IMG/VR virus record: IMGVR_UViG_3300043427_004450
Coordinates: 7,984-71,983 of that record
Direction: 5' to 3' (one strand)
Length of the DNA: 64,000 nucleotides
Source: a virus
Both the position numbers and the translations under genes were made by a program. The notes beneath the pieces were generated by a model. It did no database searches, was not told the origin of the DNA, and worked only from the letters and a program-made list of their open reading frames with translations. Every line of letters starts with the position of its first letter. Position 1 is the first letter of the stretch. Below, piece after piece: positions 32,790 through 43,636 of the stretch.

Positions 32790-33098
32790 TTAGCAGCTCA
32801 TATCCCTAATAATTTCCTTCCAAGAAGATTCCACCCACTTATTGAGCGAGTCAACAATTCTCTTGCCAAAAGAAGATGATGGATCTAGATCTGAAAATCC
32901 AACATAATATGGGGATTTTAGCCTTCTGCCGTCTGCAACCTTTCGTCCAAATTTCTTAGAGAAAGAATCTTTGTTATGACAAAAGGAAACGCCAACTGCA
33001 ATAAGAAGCGACGAATCCGAAGGTTTAGTAAGAACCTCGTAAGATAGTGTCATTGGATGATTATGACGAGGGATTTTGACATACTGATAACGTGCCAT
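32790..33098 (-). CDS. Phage hypothetical protein (paralogue of 63640..63945)
   Basis: Shares M.R.QYV..PR and SFC...D.F....GRK.A.GR. Confidence 0.6.
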   Translation of the reverse strand: MARYQYVKIPRHNHPMTLSYEVLTKPSDSSLLIAVGVSFCHNKDSFSKKFGRKVADGRRLKSPYYVGFSDLDPSSSFGKRIVDSLNKWVESSWKEIIRDMSC

Positions 33099-33135
33099 TT
33101 TAACTCCTTTTTCTATTATTTTTTACCAAACAAAT

Positions 33136-33858
33136 ATGATTAAAAACAAAATATTTAGCCTACATGATGCACTTATTTCAAATGGATTTGAAGAAGAAGC
33201 CATAGAAATAATAAAACTTGCGTCACAAAATATTGCAGATGATCTTTTGTCAGAGGCAAGATTAAATATGGCTGCATCAGATTCTTCTGGCTGGAGAATA
33301 GTAGTAAGCAAAACAAAAAGACTTTCTATTGGAGAAATAAAATCAACTCTATTGTCTCTTGGTGCAGATTTTATAAAACCATCTGGTCAAAATACTGACC
33401 ATGACAAATACAGGGCTGAATCAATTATAAGTGTATCTGATGCTTTAAAAAATAAATCTAAGTTAGATATGATTCCGGCTGAAGCAGCAGAATACTTTAG
33501 GCATACCTTCTCACAATGTGGCGAAAGAACTTTCTTTGCCGTTCAGAGAGGAGCAAATTCATATGTTCCGGCAACTAGCTTTACTAGCGGCTTTTGGAAA
33601 TTTGCAAAATGTCTTGCCGCTGCAAAGATAATAAGCGAATTATACCTGAACTCAAGTATAGTTGACCGTAGATCTACCGAAGAAGAATCATCAGATTATA
33701 AAACTCGCTTATTTGAACTGCTTTTAGAGAGAAAAGAAAGAGTTGAAAGAGATATAGATAATGCATATCAAGAGTCTAATGACGAAAGATTAATGAGTCT
33801 TATTAGTGATAAGGACAGAATTGAATCTGAGATAAGTAAATTCTGGAGAACTACTTAG
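33136..33858 (+). CDS. Leader-bearing hypothetical protein
   Basis: KIFSLHDALISNGFEEEAIEIIKLAS; CTATTATT upstream. Confidence 0.6.
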   Translation: MIKNKIFSLHDALISNGFEEEAIEIIKLASQNIADDLLSEARLNMAASDSSGWRIVVSKTKRLSIGEIKSTLLSLGADFIKPSGQNTDHDKYRAESIISVSDALKNKSKLDMIPAEAAEYFRHTFSQCGERTFFAVQRGANSYVPATSFTSGFWKFAKCLAAAKIISELYLNSSIVDRRSTEEESSDYKTRLFELLLERKERVERDIDNAYQESNDERLMSLISDKDRIESEISKFWRTT

Positions 33859-34324
33859 TAATATAATCAGAAATTCTCATTACAAGCTTCTTCATTTCTC
33901 CCTTCTTATGGCCAAGCCATTCATAGTGAGGCATACCATCAAGGTATTCTGATACAGCAGGAATTTTCCCCATATCCTCAATGATATGATGCTCGGCCAC
34001 ATCACGAACATAAACCCTATCGCCGTCTGAATTGCGAAATGAAGTTTGATTATCAGAATGAGAAGAGGAAATTAGCTCTCTAATTGCAGAAATTTCCTCT
34101 TCACTCCATCCAAACTTTTCAGAAAGTGATGCCAGCTTATTTTCATCTACTCCAAAAATCTTCTCAGCAATATAAGGGCCAAGAGAATTATGAAGAATGG
34201 CTCTATGACGAATATCTGAGTAAGCCATTTTGGAAATATCCAAAAAGTTATGAATCGGAAGATAATCCTCCGGCTCACCACCCCACTTACGAGCAGAATT
34301 TACGGCATGAATATGTGGCTTCAT
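33851..34324 (-). CDS. DUF6915-like protein
   Basis: HAVNSARKWGG..EDY..IH...D...RHRAILH...VRDVAEHHIIED. Confidence 0.65.
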   Translation of the reverse strand: MKPHIHAVNSARKWGGEPEDYLPIHNFLDISKMAYSDIRHRAILHNSLGPYIAEKIFGVDENKLASLSEKFGWSEEEISAIRELISSSHSDNQTSFRNSDGDRVYVRDVAEHHIIEDMGKIPAVSEYLDGMPHYEWLGHKKGEMKKLVMRISDYITK

Positions 34325-34744
34325 TTTAGGCCAGCAGCTCCACTTGAATAACTTCAAAGAAATTTAGATGAAAGTAATTCATAATTTCAACAAGAATCTG
34401 ATCATCAATCTCATGAGGTGGCTTCTGATAATCAAGATCCGAATCTAGAAAGTGACTCTCTAGAAATGCCTTATGATCTTCATCTTCCTTGTCGTATTCC
34501 CAGCTAGAAACATAATCTCCAAGGCCGCTAACACCCATAGCACGCATTTCTGCCACATTCTTTTCATCGCAAATCCTCTTTGCAATCTCTGGAAAGGTAA
34601 AGGCAGAAACAGGATAGCCACCATCTGACTCTGGACGATAGTAGCGAGAATCATCATACTCCCAACCGTAGCGAGAGATAACCCAAACCTTTGCAGTACC
34701 GCTCATTTCAACTCCTGTGATGCGGCTATATCCACCGCACCCAT

Positions 34745-34772
34745 AATATAATCACGCTGGGCCACCTGTCAA
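34745..34772 (-). promoter_or_regulatory. Sigma70-type promoter TTGACA-N16-TATATT
   Basis: Direct reading. Confidence 0.75.
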
Positions 34773-35104
34773 GTCGCCAAGTTTAGCATGATAAACGAAG
34801 GTCTCAAAAATATCTTCTTCGGAAGTTTTTGAGCGATCAAATAGAAATGTTATTCCTATTAGGTCCGTAGTATCCATAGAATAACATGGCTTAATTTTAA
34901 AATTGAGCGAAGTACCGTCCTCTCTTTTCATCCAGATATTCTTAAAGGAAGTTTCATAACTTGGAGTTGTTTGATTTTTTGATAGAAAATTCCATATAGA
35001 AAAGAGTAAGTCTCTTTCTCCTGGAGAAAACCAAAACTTATCGTCTGCAGACCACTCCTGTCGATTAATAACTTCTTCTAGAAAGGCCACATATTTTTCC
35101 ACAG

Positions 35105-35605
35105 TTACTCCTTTTTAAAGTAATATTCGCCAATTAAATCAAACAACTCGCCATCAAAATGAAGCATTTCATCAAAATACTGAATCATAATATGATTTGG
35201 AAAAAATCTTTTATATCCAGATTCTCCGCCGATATTTAGCGACCCAACAAGTTTTGATGCTCCAATTGCGCCGTGGCGAGAGGTTAATGCTATTATACCT
35301 GCCGCAGAAGATCTTGAGATACCAAAATGACAGTGTGCTAAAAGAATTGAATCTTCTTCAAAGTCCTTTCCAAAGTTATAAATATCTTTTACTATCCTTG
35401 GATTTGGAACAATTGACTCATCCATCCTTGATATTTTCAATGGATCTGTAACATCAAAAAACTTTAAAGAAAGAACTTTTGACCCAGACCATCCAGAGTC
35501 AAACGGTGTTGTTACGCCAGGATCTGAAATAGATATTATATGCGTTGGTTTTACCTTTTTTGAGATTCCAACTGCATCCTTTTGTGGCGAAATAAATACC
35601 AGCAT
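35105..35605 (-). CDS. Cys-dependent tyrosine/dual-specificity phosphatase-like protein
   Basis: HCHFGISRS (CX5R) and FFDV loop. Confidence 0.85.
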   Translation of the reverse strand: MLVFISPQKDAVGISKKVKPTHIISISDPGVTTPFDSGWSGSKVLSLKFFDVTDPLKISRMDESIVPNPRIVKDIYNFGKDFEEDSILLAHCHFGISRSSAAGIIALTSRHGAIGASKLVGSLNIGGESGYKRFFPNHIMIQYFDEMLHFDGELFDLIGEYYFKKE

Positions 35606-35800
35606 TAGTTATCTCGCCAATAAGCGACCTCCTCCTCATAGGATGGTGCTTCTGTTGCCGACGCATAAGCCTTAATTGGAACATCTTGAACTGCAAGAGG
35701 CTCCTCTTCTTCTTCGCGACGATCTTCTTCAACTTCTTCATAATATTCGTTTGTCATAATTACTCCTTACTAATTTTTGTGATTATTATTTGAGGTAGAA

Positions 35801-36106
35801 ATGTCTATAGCAAAAACAATAGAAAAGACTCCAATGCAATCTAAAAAATTCTTGGCGTATCTTTTGAGCAATATAGTTAACAAGGCACTTATATTTTGGA
35901 TGGTTCAAAAAGAAGTTAGCGGAACAACAATAGCTTGGACAGTAACTGCGGCTGCCTTTATTGATATTGGTTATATCTTAGGACAAGCCGCATTAGATGG
36001 ATTTGTAAGAATGGCTCAAGTAAAGGGAGCCAGCATTATAAAATCAGTAAAAATTACTCAGACTGACTCCAGCGAGGAGGGCGACGACCAGCCAACTCTT
36101 CCCTAG
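35801..36106 (+). CDS. Small membrane protein, candidate holin
   Basis: SKKFLAYLL plus a second hydrophobic segment ending YILGQ; TACTAAT upstream; close to the GH73 gene. Confidence 0.45.
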   Translation: MSIAKTIEKTPMQSKKFLAYLLSNIVNKALIFWMVQKEVSGTTIAWTVTAAAFIDIGYILGQAALDGFVRMAQVKGASIIKSVKITQTDSSEEGDDQPTLP

Positions 36107-36383
36107 ACTCCCACTCTTCTATATCCTCTTCGCTTGGCTCTTCTTCTCCAAACTCTTCTGCTTGATATCTATTTAGATCTTCAATTTCTTCTTCTGATAA
36201 TGGCTCGTCTGCGCCTTCAAGTAGTGCTTCAATATCTTCTTCTGTTGCATATCCTGCATCAGAATCGGTATCATCATCAAGTTGTGATGCAACTCTCTTG
36301 ATAATTAGGTCTACAATATCTGATTCCTTCTTGAATCCGGCTTTATCAAGCTCTTGTGCAATTTTTACTAAATTTTTTAACAT
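36054..36383 (-). CDS. Leader-bearing acidic protein
   Basis: MLKNLVKIAQELDKAGFKKESDIVDLIIKRVA followed by a D/E-rich body. Confidence 0.65.
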   Translation of the reverse strand: MLKNLVKIAQELDKAGFKKESDIVDLIIKRVASQLDDDTDSDAGYATEEDIEALLEGADEPLSEEEIEDLNRYQAEEFGEEEPSEEDIEEWESREELAGRRPPRWSQSE

Positions 36384-36426
36384 TTAAACCTCGCTTTACT
36401 AATATGAATGTGATTAATAGAGTTTT

Positions 36427-37497
36427 ATGAATAGAAATATAAGAAAAAATAAAATCGCTTATCTTTTTAAAATCGCCAGCAACGATCTTATGTCGATTTG
36501 GTCGGTGTCAAGACCTCAGAGATTTTCTGAGGATGAAGCTGGATTAAATTCATGGATTGATGATGTAAAATCAAAGACCGGCATAGAAGATGACTCAATT
36601 CTTGCTGGAATACTAAGGGACGAGATTAATCCAATTGTACTATCATCAATAGGAGATTGGCAAGATTTTTCTATTATATTTCCAAAGGGAGAGCTTTTAA
36701 GGAAGGCTTGGAAGAAAAATGGAGATAAAACATTTACTTCTTTTTTGGAATGGACAAATAAAAGTGGAATTTCAAACTCACAGGGTCTACTAGATAAAAT
36801 AAACTCTATGCCACCAAAAGTTTCAAAGCCAGAAGTTATTGAGTCAAGTCCTGTTCAGCCTACGCCAAGCAAAAGTATTCAGACGCCAGAAAAAATACAG
36901 CAGAAAAATACAAGCAGCATCGGAAGCTCTAGTGGTGACACTTGGCTAATGGAGATTTCTGATGCTGTCGGATCTGTTTCAAGAGCAAATGGTATTCCAG
37001 AGGGAATTATTTTTGCTCAGGGATCTTTAGAGTCTGGTTTTGGAAAGCACCACCTTGGCGGATTTAATTATTTTGGAATGAAAGGAGAGGGAACTGCTGG
37101 CTCTATGTCTGCAAAGACAAAAGAGGAGTTTAAGCCTGGCCAAATGTCAACAATAAAAGACAGATTTAAAATGTTTAACAATATTGAAGAGGGATTTCAG
37201 GCTTATGCAAATTTGCTAAAAACAAGCAGCAGATTTTCTTATGCAACACAGGCTTTTTCAGATGATCCTGCAAAATTTGCAATATGGATTTGGGGTAGGG
37301 GCTATGCCACAGATTCCAAATATCCAGACAAATTATCATCTATATCAAAGACTGTTGCTCAAAAATTAGGCAGACCAGACCTTGCTTGGGATTATGATGC
37401 AGAAGAAAGAAGAATTATAGATACCCTATCTTCATTAAGACCAGAAGATAGAGTATCTAAAACTGTCCAACTTATGAAGGGCGGATCTGTAGCCTGA
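36427..37497 (+). CDS. GH73 (FlgJ-like) glucosaminidase, probably virion-associated
   Basis: AQGSLESGFG, NYFGMK and GYATD. Confidence 0.85.
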   Translation: MNRNIRKNKIAYLFKIASNDLMSIWSVSRPQRFSEDEAGLNSWIDDVKSKTGIEDDSILAGILRDEINPIVLSSIGDWQDFSIIFPKGELLRKAWKKNGDKTFTSFLEWTNKSGISNSQGLLDKINSMPPKVSKPEVIESSPVQPTPSKSIQTPEKIQQKNTSSIGSSSGDTWLMEISDAVGSVSRANGIPEGIIFAQGSLESGFGKHHLGGFNYFGMKGEGTAGSMSAKTKEEFKPGQMSTIKDRFKMFNNIEEGFQAYANLLKTSSRFSYATQAFSDDPAKFAIWIWGRGYATDSKYPDKLSSISKTVAQKLGRPDLAWDYDAEERRIIDTLSSLRPEDRVSKTVQLMKGGSVA

Positions 37498-38343
37498 TTA
37501 TTCTTCAGAGGGCTTCTTTTCTGCCTCAGCCTTCTTTTCTAGAATCTTTACTCGACCAGAGCACTTGTCGGCAAGAGCGGCAATCTCTAGCGGAGGAAGC
37601 CCGTCAATAAAGAATGAGAAGAAACGACGCTTATGCTCCTCATAAAGAGCGGCACGAGCCTTCTCTAGAGTCTCTTCAAGATCATTAATCTTGATCGTAT
37701 CTCGCAATAGACCCTGACAGGCCTTCATCATTTCAATATCATTTGAGCTTTCAATGATGCTGCGAACTTCCTCAAAGCGATTAAATGGCTTCTTTTCCTT
37801 AGACATTTTTTACTCCTAGATTGGAATTAGAGAACAAAAAATTGGCTTATAATATTCAATATTTTATAGTAAACACTAATCTTCTAAAAGCTCTAGCTCT
37901 TCTGGCATAATAAGATCAAATCTGGACTCTTCCCACTCTTCATAGCGATACTCTACCCGACACATATCTTCAATAAGATATGGCAGAACCTTACGAAGAA
38001 AAAGCTCAATCTCTCCTTCGTAATTCTTTAGTGAGCAGCAAACATGCCACTCAGCACCTCTCAGTCCAGCGGCACTTGATTCTTCATCCCAATCATCTGG
38101 AAGATAAGCTATTGATCCAAATGGGATAAAGTTTTTGCGACTTGTATTTAGCCAATCGCTTGAAATTGGAATAATTCCAGATACTGCTCCCCAAAAATCT
38201 TGACAGTCCTCATCATTATAAAACTTTGATAAAGTGTCAGCGACAAATGGCTTAAGCTTTGCCTTAAATCTAAGGCCCGTATACATTCCCATCTTATTTC
38301 CTTTGTTTTGAGCCATGTTTTTCGGGTCTTGCCCCGCACCTAG

Positions 38344-38371
38344 AATATAACCACAGTTTTGCGGAAGTCAA
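38344..38371 (-). promoter_or_regulatory. Sigma70-type promoter TTGACT-N16-TATATT
   Basis: Direct reading. Confidence 0.75.
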
Positions 38372-38706
38372 CCTTCGGACTTAGGTTCCTCAGATGTTTC
38401 TACTTGAACCTTTGGAGGGCGACTCAGCTTCCATCTGATATGTCCAGCATCCTCAATTGAAAAACCGCACTCTTTAAGAAACTCTTGATAGTGAGGAAAT
38501 ACTTGACCAATCAAAAAGGTAAAGTCTCTACCTTCTCGATCCATAAGATCATCATAATATTTCTTTGTTTCCTTAATTTCTCTTAGCCTTATATAATATT
38601 CGGCTTTTTCCTTATCTTTTTGTTTTTGCTCTGGAGTTTTTTCTATAACATCTTTTTCTTTAGCCATTTAGAGCCTCCAATTAAGCGGACTCCTCCCGCA
38701 ACCCCT

Positions 38707-38734
38707 AATATAAGCACGATGCGGGAGGAGTCAA
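38707..38734 (-). promoter_or_regulatory. Sigma70-type promoter TTGACT-N16-TATATT inside a perfect 13-bp inverted repeat
   Basis: Arms gactcctcccgca (38688-38700) and tgcgggaggagtc (38720-38732). Confidence 0.8.
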
Positions 38735-38957
38735 TTTCCTATCTAATTTTTATTTTACCTTGATAAATCACAATAGCAGATCTCCTCATATTTAACAGAG
38801 CCTGCTGGACATACCTTATTGCAGGTTGGATCATTCTTTTTAGAGAGAGATTCTCCACTCCAAAATCCAAGACCAAAAGATATTATTCCTGCTATGACAA
38901 ATAATGAGATTAATATACCTGTAGCTTCTGATGGTAATCTTTCATGCTGTATCATTT

Positions 38958-39935
38958 TTATCTCTTTGATGTAGAGCCTAGCCAAGTTGAGATTGACTCA
39001 GCCTGAGCATCAGTCAGCTCTTTTCCTAGCTGATGATGACCCATCATTTTGACTGCCTCTGGAAGAGTTTTTGCAGATCCATCATGGAAATATGGTGCAG
39101 TTAGGGCGGAGTTACGGAGTGATGAAACCTTAAATACCATCTTATCAGACTCCTGTCCTGTGATGCCATACTTTCCAAGGTCTGTTTGATTTGGCCAAGG
39201 CACTACAACACCAAGTTTCATAAAGGTTTGTCCACCAAGAAGCTGACCATTATGACATGCTACACAGCCAGCAGAAGAAAATTCCTTAAATCCCTTCTTT
39301 TCTTCTTCTGTTAGCGCTGACTGATCTCCAGCTAAAAATGAATCCCATCTAGATGGTGTAACTAGAGTTCTTTCATAAGCTCCAATTGCAACACCTACAT
39401 TATTAAAGGTAAGAGGATCTTTCTCACCCGGAAATGCTGCCTTAAATCCTTCAACATATTTAGGATCTTCTTTTAAAACCCTAACTACAGTATCTTCGTT
39501 TGGCATACCCATTTCTCCTGCGGCGAGAATTGGGCCAAGAGCTTGTCTTTCAACGTCTGGTGCTCTACCATCCCAAAACTGAGCAGTATGTCCTGCTGCA
39601 TTAAATACAGTTGGAGAGTTACGACCAGTTTTTGCTCCACGGTGACCATCTGAAAACTGCTTTCGGTCTACACCGCCTGTTTCCAGAGTATGACAAGAAG
39701 CACATGAAATATCAGCATCAGCTGAGAGTAACCTTTCATTGAAAAGCTTTTCTCCAAGAGAAATTAACTCTGGTGATGCTTGCTTTCCTTCTGGAAAAAA
39801 GTTAGCTGGTAGTGCCGAAAATGCCGCCAACTCCTGTGGGGTAACTTGAGTTACCGCATCAGTAATCTGAGGATTTACTGGCTCAGAAACCTTTTCGCCG
39901 CTGGAACATGCTAGTAATGCTAATAGCGCAATCAT
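38958..39935 (-). CDS. ccp: Di-heme cytochrome c peroxidase (lipoprotein)
   Basis: Heme motifs CASCH and CVACH; RNSPTVFN, QFWDGRA and APYFHDG; lipobox LLAC. Confidence 0.95.
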   Translation of the reverse strand: MIALLALLACSSGEKVSEPVNPQITDAVTQVTPQELAAFSALPANFFPEGKQASPELISLGEKLFNERLLSADADISCASCHTLETGGVDRKQFSDGHRGAKTGRNSPTVFNAAGHTAQFWDGRAPDVERQALGPILAAGEMGMPNEDTVVRVLKEDPKYVEGFKAAFPGEKDPLTFNNVGVAIGAYERTLVTPSRWDSFLAGDQSALTEEEKKGFKEFSSAGCVACHNGQLLGGQTFMKLGVVVPWPNQTDLGKYGITGQESDKMVFKVSSLRNSALTAPYFHDGSAKTLPEAVKMMGHHQLGKELTDAQAESISTWLGSTSKR

Positions 39936-39944
39936 TTTTTCTCC

Positions 39945-41837
39945 TTATTTTCTATTTAAAACTCGACCGGAACTAAAATCTGAGCAAAATTCTCTTTCTT
40001 TTGCTGGAAGTGGATCATGCGTTTCTTTTGGAAACTCTTCTGCCCCAAACATAATTGCATTTGCTGCTGCTACGGCTTCTTTATCTGCATTATTTGTTAC
40101 TGCATCAAATAAGCTATCAACAACAATCTTACGTTGTGCGAGCAAATAATCAACAACTTCTTTGTTGATTAGATCTCCAGAATTACGTTCTCTCTGGTGG
40201 CGAGAGACTACGAGAGACATTACTGCTAATTCTGCTCCAATGTCAACCAATCTTCCAAGAATTCCCTGTCGCATTTCAAGTTTTGGACCCTTCAGCAACA
40301 TCTGATGAAATAGAGTTCTTGCTAGACGGCGTGTTTTACCATCAATCCAGCTTAGATGATCTCTTAGATCATAGTCAAAGTCAGAAAATGCTCTAAATGC
40401 TCCGCCAACAAGTGTCTTTATATACCAAGCCGGATAAATAAGAGCACACTTTCCAACAACCTTTAGCTTATCCCAAAGGCTTCCCTTTCGGAAAAGACCT
40501 CCAGCATTTCTAAGGTGACCATCGAGAGCTTCTCTTGCCAAGAAAAGATGCATAATGTCGGTGGTTCCCTCAACAATTCTGTTGATTCTGGTATCTCTTA
40601 GTGCTCGCTCCATTGGGAACCCAACCTCTCCTCTTGCATTAAGAGAAGCCTCTGTTTCAAATCCTCTTCCTGCACGAAGCTGAAGAGCGGTATCTGTTAA
40701 CTCCCAAGATCTTTCAGAATTCCACATTTTTGCTGCTGCTGCCTCCATTCTAATGTCAACATCGTGACGATCTGACATGGCTGCACCATAAAGAGCAAAT
40801 GTTTCCATAGCATAAGAAAGTGCTCCAATGTCTGCTAGCTTCTGAGCACCAGCTTCATGGCGACCAATTTCTTTGCCCCACTGAGATCTGGTCTTTGCCC
40901 AAGAAGCGGAGAATTTAAGAATGTCCTTTGATGTAAAGGCAGCAACAGCAGGAATTCCAAGGCGACCATCATTTAGTGTGGTAAGAGCCAACTTAAGACC
41001 CTTGCCCTCACCAAGAATGACGTTTTCAGCTGGAATCTTAACGCCATTAAATCGAATCAATCCATTCTCAATGGCTCTAATTCCAAGGAATCTGCAACGG
41101 TGGACTACCTCCACTCCTTCCCACTTTCCTTCTACAACAAAGGCGGTAATTCCCTTCTTTCCTTCGGCAGATACTGTTCTTGCCATAACGACATAAAGAT
41201 CAGCAAGAGTACCATTAGTACACCAAAGCTTCTCTCCTGTCAATATCCAACTTCCATCCTCCTGCTTGACGGCAGTAGTGCTCATATTTGCTGGGTCAGA
41301 ACCTGCTCCCGGCTCAGTTAGAGCAAAAGCAGTCAGCTCTCCAGCAGCAATACGAGGAAGATATTTCTTTTTCTGCTCTTCTGCTCCAAAGAGCTTTAGT
41401 GGCTGAGGAACACCAATTGACTGATGAGCAGAAAGAGTGGCGGCAGTAGATCCGCAGTATCCCGCTACAGTCCCGATAATTCTCATATAATTTGTCTGAG
41501 ACATACCAAGACCACCATACTCCTTTGGAATCTTAATTCCAAATAGTCCAAGCTCAGCCAGACCCTTCCAAACATGAGCTGGTATCTCTTGGGCTTTGTC
41601 AATAGCATCACCATCGAGATTCTTATCTGCCCAAGCCTTTACCTTTTCGATTACTTCATCGCCAGCCTTTTCATCATCTTTTGGCTGAAGAGGAAAAGGG
41701 TAAGCCAAAGAAAGATCTAAATCTCCCATAAACATTGAGGCCATAAATGACTTGGACTTCCAATCCATTTCGCGGCTTTCTTCTGCTACTTGAATTGATT
41801 TTGCCTCATCTTGAGTGCGATTTTTATTCTCTATCAT
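39945..41837 (-). CDS. Acyl-CoA dehydrogenase (long, ACAD9/VLCAD-like)
   Basis: AFALTEPGAGSD, GEKLWCTNG, R.QWG..I and RINRIVEGT. Start at MIENK after AGGAG. Confidence 0.95.
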   Translation of the reverse strand: MIENKNRTQDEAKSIQVAEESREMDWKSKSFMASMFMGDLDLSLAYPFPLQPKDDEKAGDEVIEKVKAWADKNLDGDAIDKAQEIPAHVWKGLAELGLFGIKIPKEYGGLGMSQTNYMRIIGTVAGYCGSTAATLSAHQSIGVPQPLKLFGAEEQKKKYLPRIAAGELTAFALTEPGAGSDPANMSTTAVKQEDGSWILTGEKLWCTNGTLADLYVVMARTVSAEGKKGITAFVVEGKWEGVEVVHRCRFLGIRAIENGLIRFNGVKIPAENVILGEGKGLKLALTTLNDGRLGIPAVAAFTSKDILKFSASWAKTRSQWGKEIGRHEAGAQKLADIGALSYAMETFALYGAAMSDRHDVDIRMEAAAAKMWNSERSWELTDTALQLRAGRGFETEASLNARGEVGFPMERALRDTRINRIVEGTTDIMHLFLAREALDGHLRNAGGLFRKGSLWDKLKVVGKCALIYPAWYIKTLVGGAFRAFSDFDYDLRDHLSWIDGKTRRLARTLFHQMLLKGPKLEMRQGILGRLVDIGAELAVMSLVVSRHQRERNSGDLINKEVVDYLLAQRKIVVDSLFDAVTNNADKEAVAAANAIMFGAEEFPKETHDPLPAKEREFCSDFSSGRVLNRK

Positions 41838-41885
41838 TTTTCTCCTTTTCTTTCTATTAATAAGAGCAATATTGTTTGAGCTTAC

Positions 41886-42596
41886 ATGAACAAATATCAA
41901 AAATTAAATAATCTTAGCGCTTTATTATACCAAAGAAATCTTGTTGCCGAAGCAGCACTTGTTGGAAATCTTGGCTATGAATTATATAAAGAGGCCGGAA
42001 TTATGGATGCCGCAGGAACGGCGTTTAAAGCAATTATTGATAGTCCAGAAACAATTGATAACATTTCTTTGGCAATTAAACTTGCGGCAGTAATATCAGC
42101 ACTTGTTGGTGTTTCAACTGGTGCTGGAGCCGCAGCCGGTGCGTCATTAGCAACGGGATTAATGAGAGCATCTTCTGCACTTGATGTTGCTGCGGCAGCG
42201 GGATACTATTCAAAAGGTCAGATAAGAAGCTGTATTATGAGCACAATATCTGCCGTACTATCTTTTCCAAGTGGAATGCTACAAAAAACACTTGCCTATT
42301 TCTTATCAGAAGATTTTGTAAATTTAATACTAAAATATAAGCAGCTAAAAAGAAATAGTGATACTGCTTGGCTATTGGGATCACAGATTTCGGGATTTAT
42401 AGAGAAAATGGCACCAGCACTATTTGATGGTTTAGTTTCAATTATAAATGGAATAATATCCAGAATTACCCCTATAGCAAGTGCTATTGCAACTAGAGTT
42501 GGAAAATCAGCAGATCAGGTTGCAAAAGACATTGGTGCAGAATTACAAAGGTTATCTTCTGATTTATCAGCAGTTGCCACTAGAGCTACAATTTAG
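41886..42596 (+). CDS. Leader-bearing protein with hydrophobic Gly/Ala hairpin
   Basis: KLNNLSALLYQRNLVAEAALV...YKEAG; CTATTAAT upstream. Confidence 0.6.
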   Translation: MNKYQKLNNLSALLYQRNLVAEAALVGNLGYELYKEAGIMDAAGTAFKAIIDSPETIDNISLAIKLAAVISALVGVSTGAGAAAGASLATGLMRASSALDVAAAAGYYSKGQIRSCIMSTISAVLSFPSGMLQKTLAYFLSEDFVNLILKYKQLKRNSDTAWLLGSQISGFIEKMAPALFDGLVSIINGIISRITPIASAIATRVGKSADQVAKDIGAELQRLSSDLSAVATRATI

Positions 42597-42601
42597 TTAG
42601 A

Positions 42602-43447
42602 CTAAGAAAGCCTCTCCATAACCTCGACATACCGACTAAAATAGTTTTCTGCTAGCATTGACTTAAATCCAAACTTTTCAAATTCCATTTCAAGCTCTTC
42701 TGCCGAAAACATGCCATTATAAATATGAAACTGAGACTCTACGGGCTTCATATCGGCAAATTTTACCAAATTATAGCTATGATTATACTGCTCTAGGCTG
42801 TCTTGTGAAGACATTTTCTTGATCCAGAGAGACTCATCCTTCAGCATCTTTACTGCACCGACCTTTCCAACTCCTTTTACACCAGGAATATTGTCGGTTT
42901 TATCTCCAGTAAGTGCTTTAAACTTTACATAGTCTACTTCAAGCTTCTCTCTAAACTGCTGAGAAACCGGATTCCAAAGCCTTACCTTGTCAGAAATGTC
43001 TAGAGCTTGAATAAAGTCTGTATCAGATGATACAATTACATTATCTCCCTCTAGCGTGGTTGCAAGATGGGCCAAAATATCATCGCACTCATAGTCTGGA
43101 TGATAAACTGTGGTGAATGGAAGGATCTCTTTTGCTAGGCGAATGATCTCTCTCTTCTGCTTGTGAAAAGAGGCCCAATAAGCCTCTTCTTCTTCGGAAA
43201 GTCCCTCTTGCTTTCGGTTTGCTTTATACTCAGAATCCATTTGGAGCCTTGCTTTTGGTGCTCCATCGAGAATAAAGTATACCTTTTTTGGAGAGAATTT
43301 CTCTAAAATTGGTCGAATTGACTTCATAAAATTATAAATGATTGTGGTTTCGCCTATTGCTAGACCTCCACCCCAATCAAATCTGGAGCGATGAATAAGG
43401 TTGTAGCTATCAAGAAAAAGATTGTCACAAGAAAAGGTTTCGGCCAT
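42602..43447 (-). CDS. 5'-3' exonuclease / flap endonuclease (T4 RNase H-like)
   Basis: DSYN, YKANR, ECDD, SSDTDF and GDKTDNIPGVKGVG. Confidence 0.93.
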   Translation of the reverse strand: MAETFSCDNLFLDSYNLIHRSRFDWGGGLAIGETTIIYNFMKSIRPILEKFSPKKVYFILDGAPKARLQMDSEYKANRKQEGLSEEEEAYWASFHKQKREIIRLAKEILPFTTVYHPDYECDDILAHLATTLEGDNVIVSSDTDFIQALDISDKVRLWNPVSQQFREKLEVDYVKFKALTGDKTDNIPGVKGVGKVGAVKMLKDESLWIKKMSSQDSLEQYNHSYNLVKFADMKPVESQFHIYNGMFSAEELEMEFEKFGFKSMLAENYFSRYVEVMERLS

Positions 43448-43599
43448 TATATTACCTCATTGGATCGAATGTTGAATAGGCTTAGTTACCATCGTGGGAC
43501 GCGCTAGGAAGCCTCTAGGGCGCGTCGGGAGGCTATACCCTATGCGGAGCGGGGGCGCAAGGGGAGCGCGACTAGAGGGCTTCCTGTTACTCCTCAAAT

Positions 43600-43636
43600 A
43601 AAAATAAAAAGTCTGGCTTAGCGGCTTACCAGACTT
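43600..43636 (-). terminator. Intrinsic terminator
   Basis: AGTCTGG/CCAGACT stem followed by TTTTTATTTT on the minus strand. Confidence 0.7.

Noticed and set aside
18006-41837. Cellular chromosome origin suggested by lysS, serS, ccp and ACAD
   Set aside because: These genes are isolated among dense phage-type ORFs, phage promoters and homing endonucleases, with no cellular operon context.
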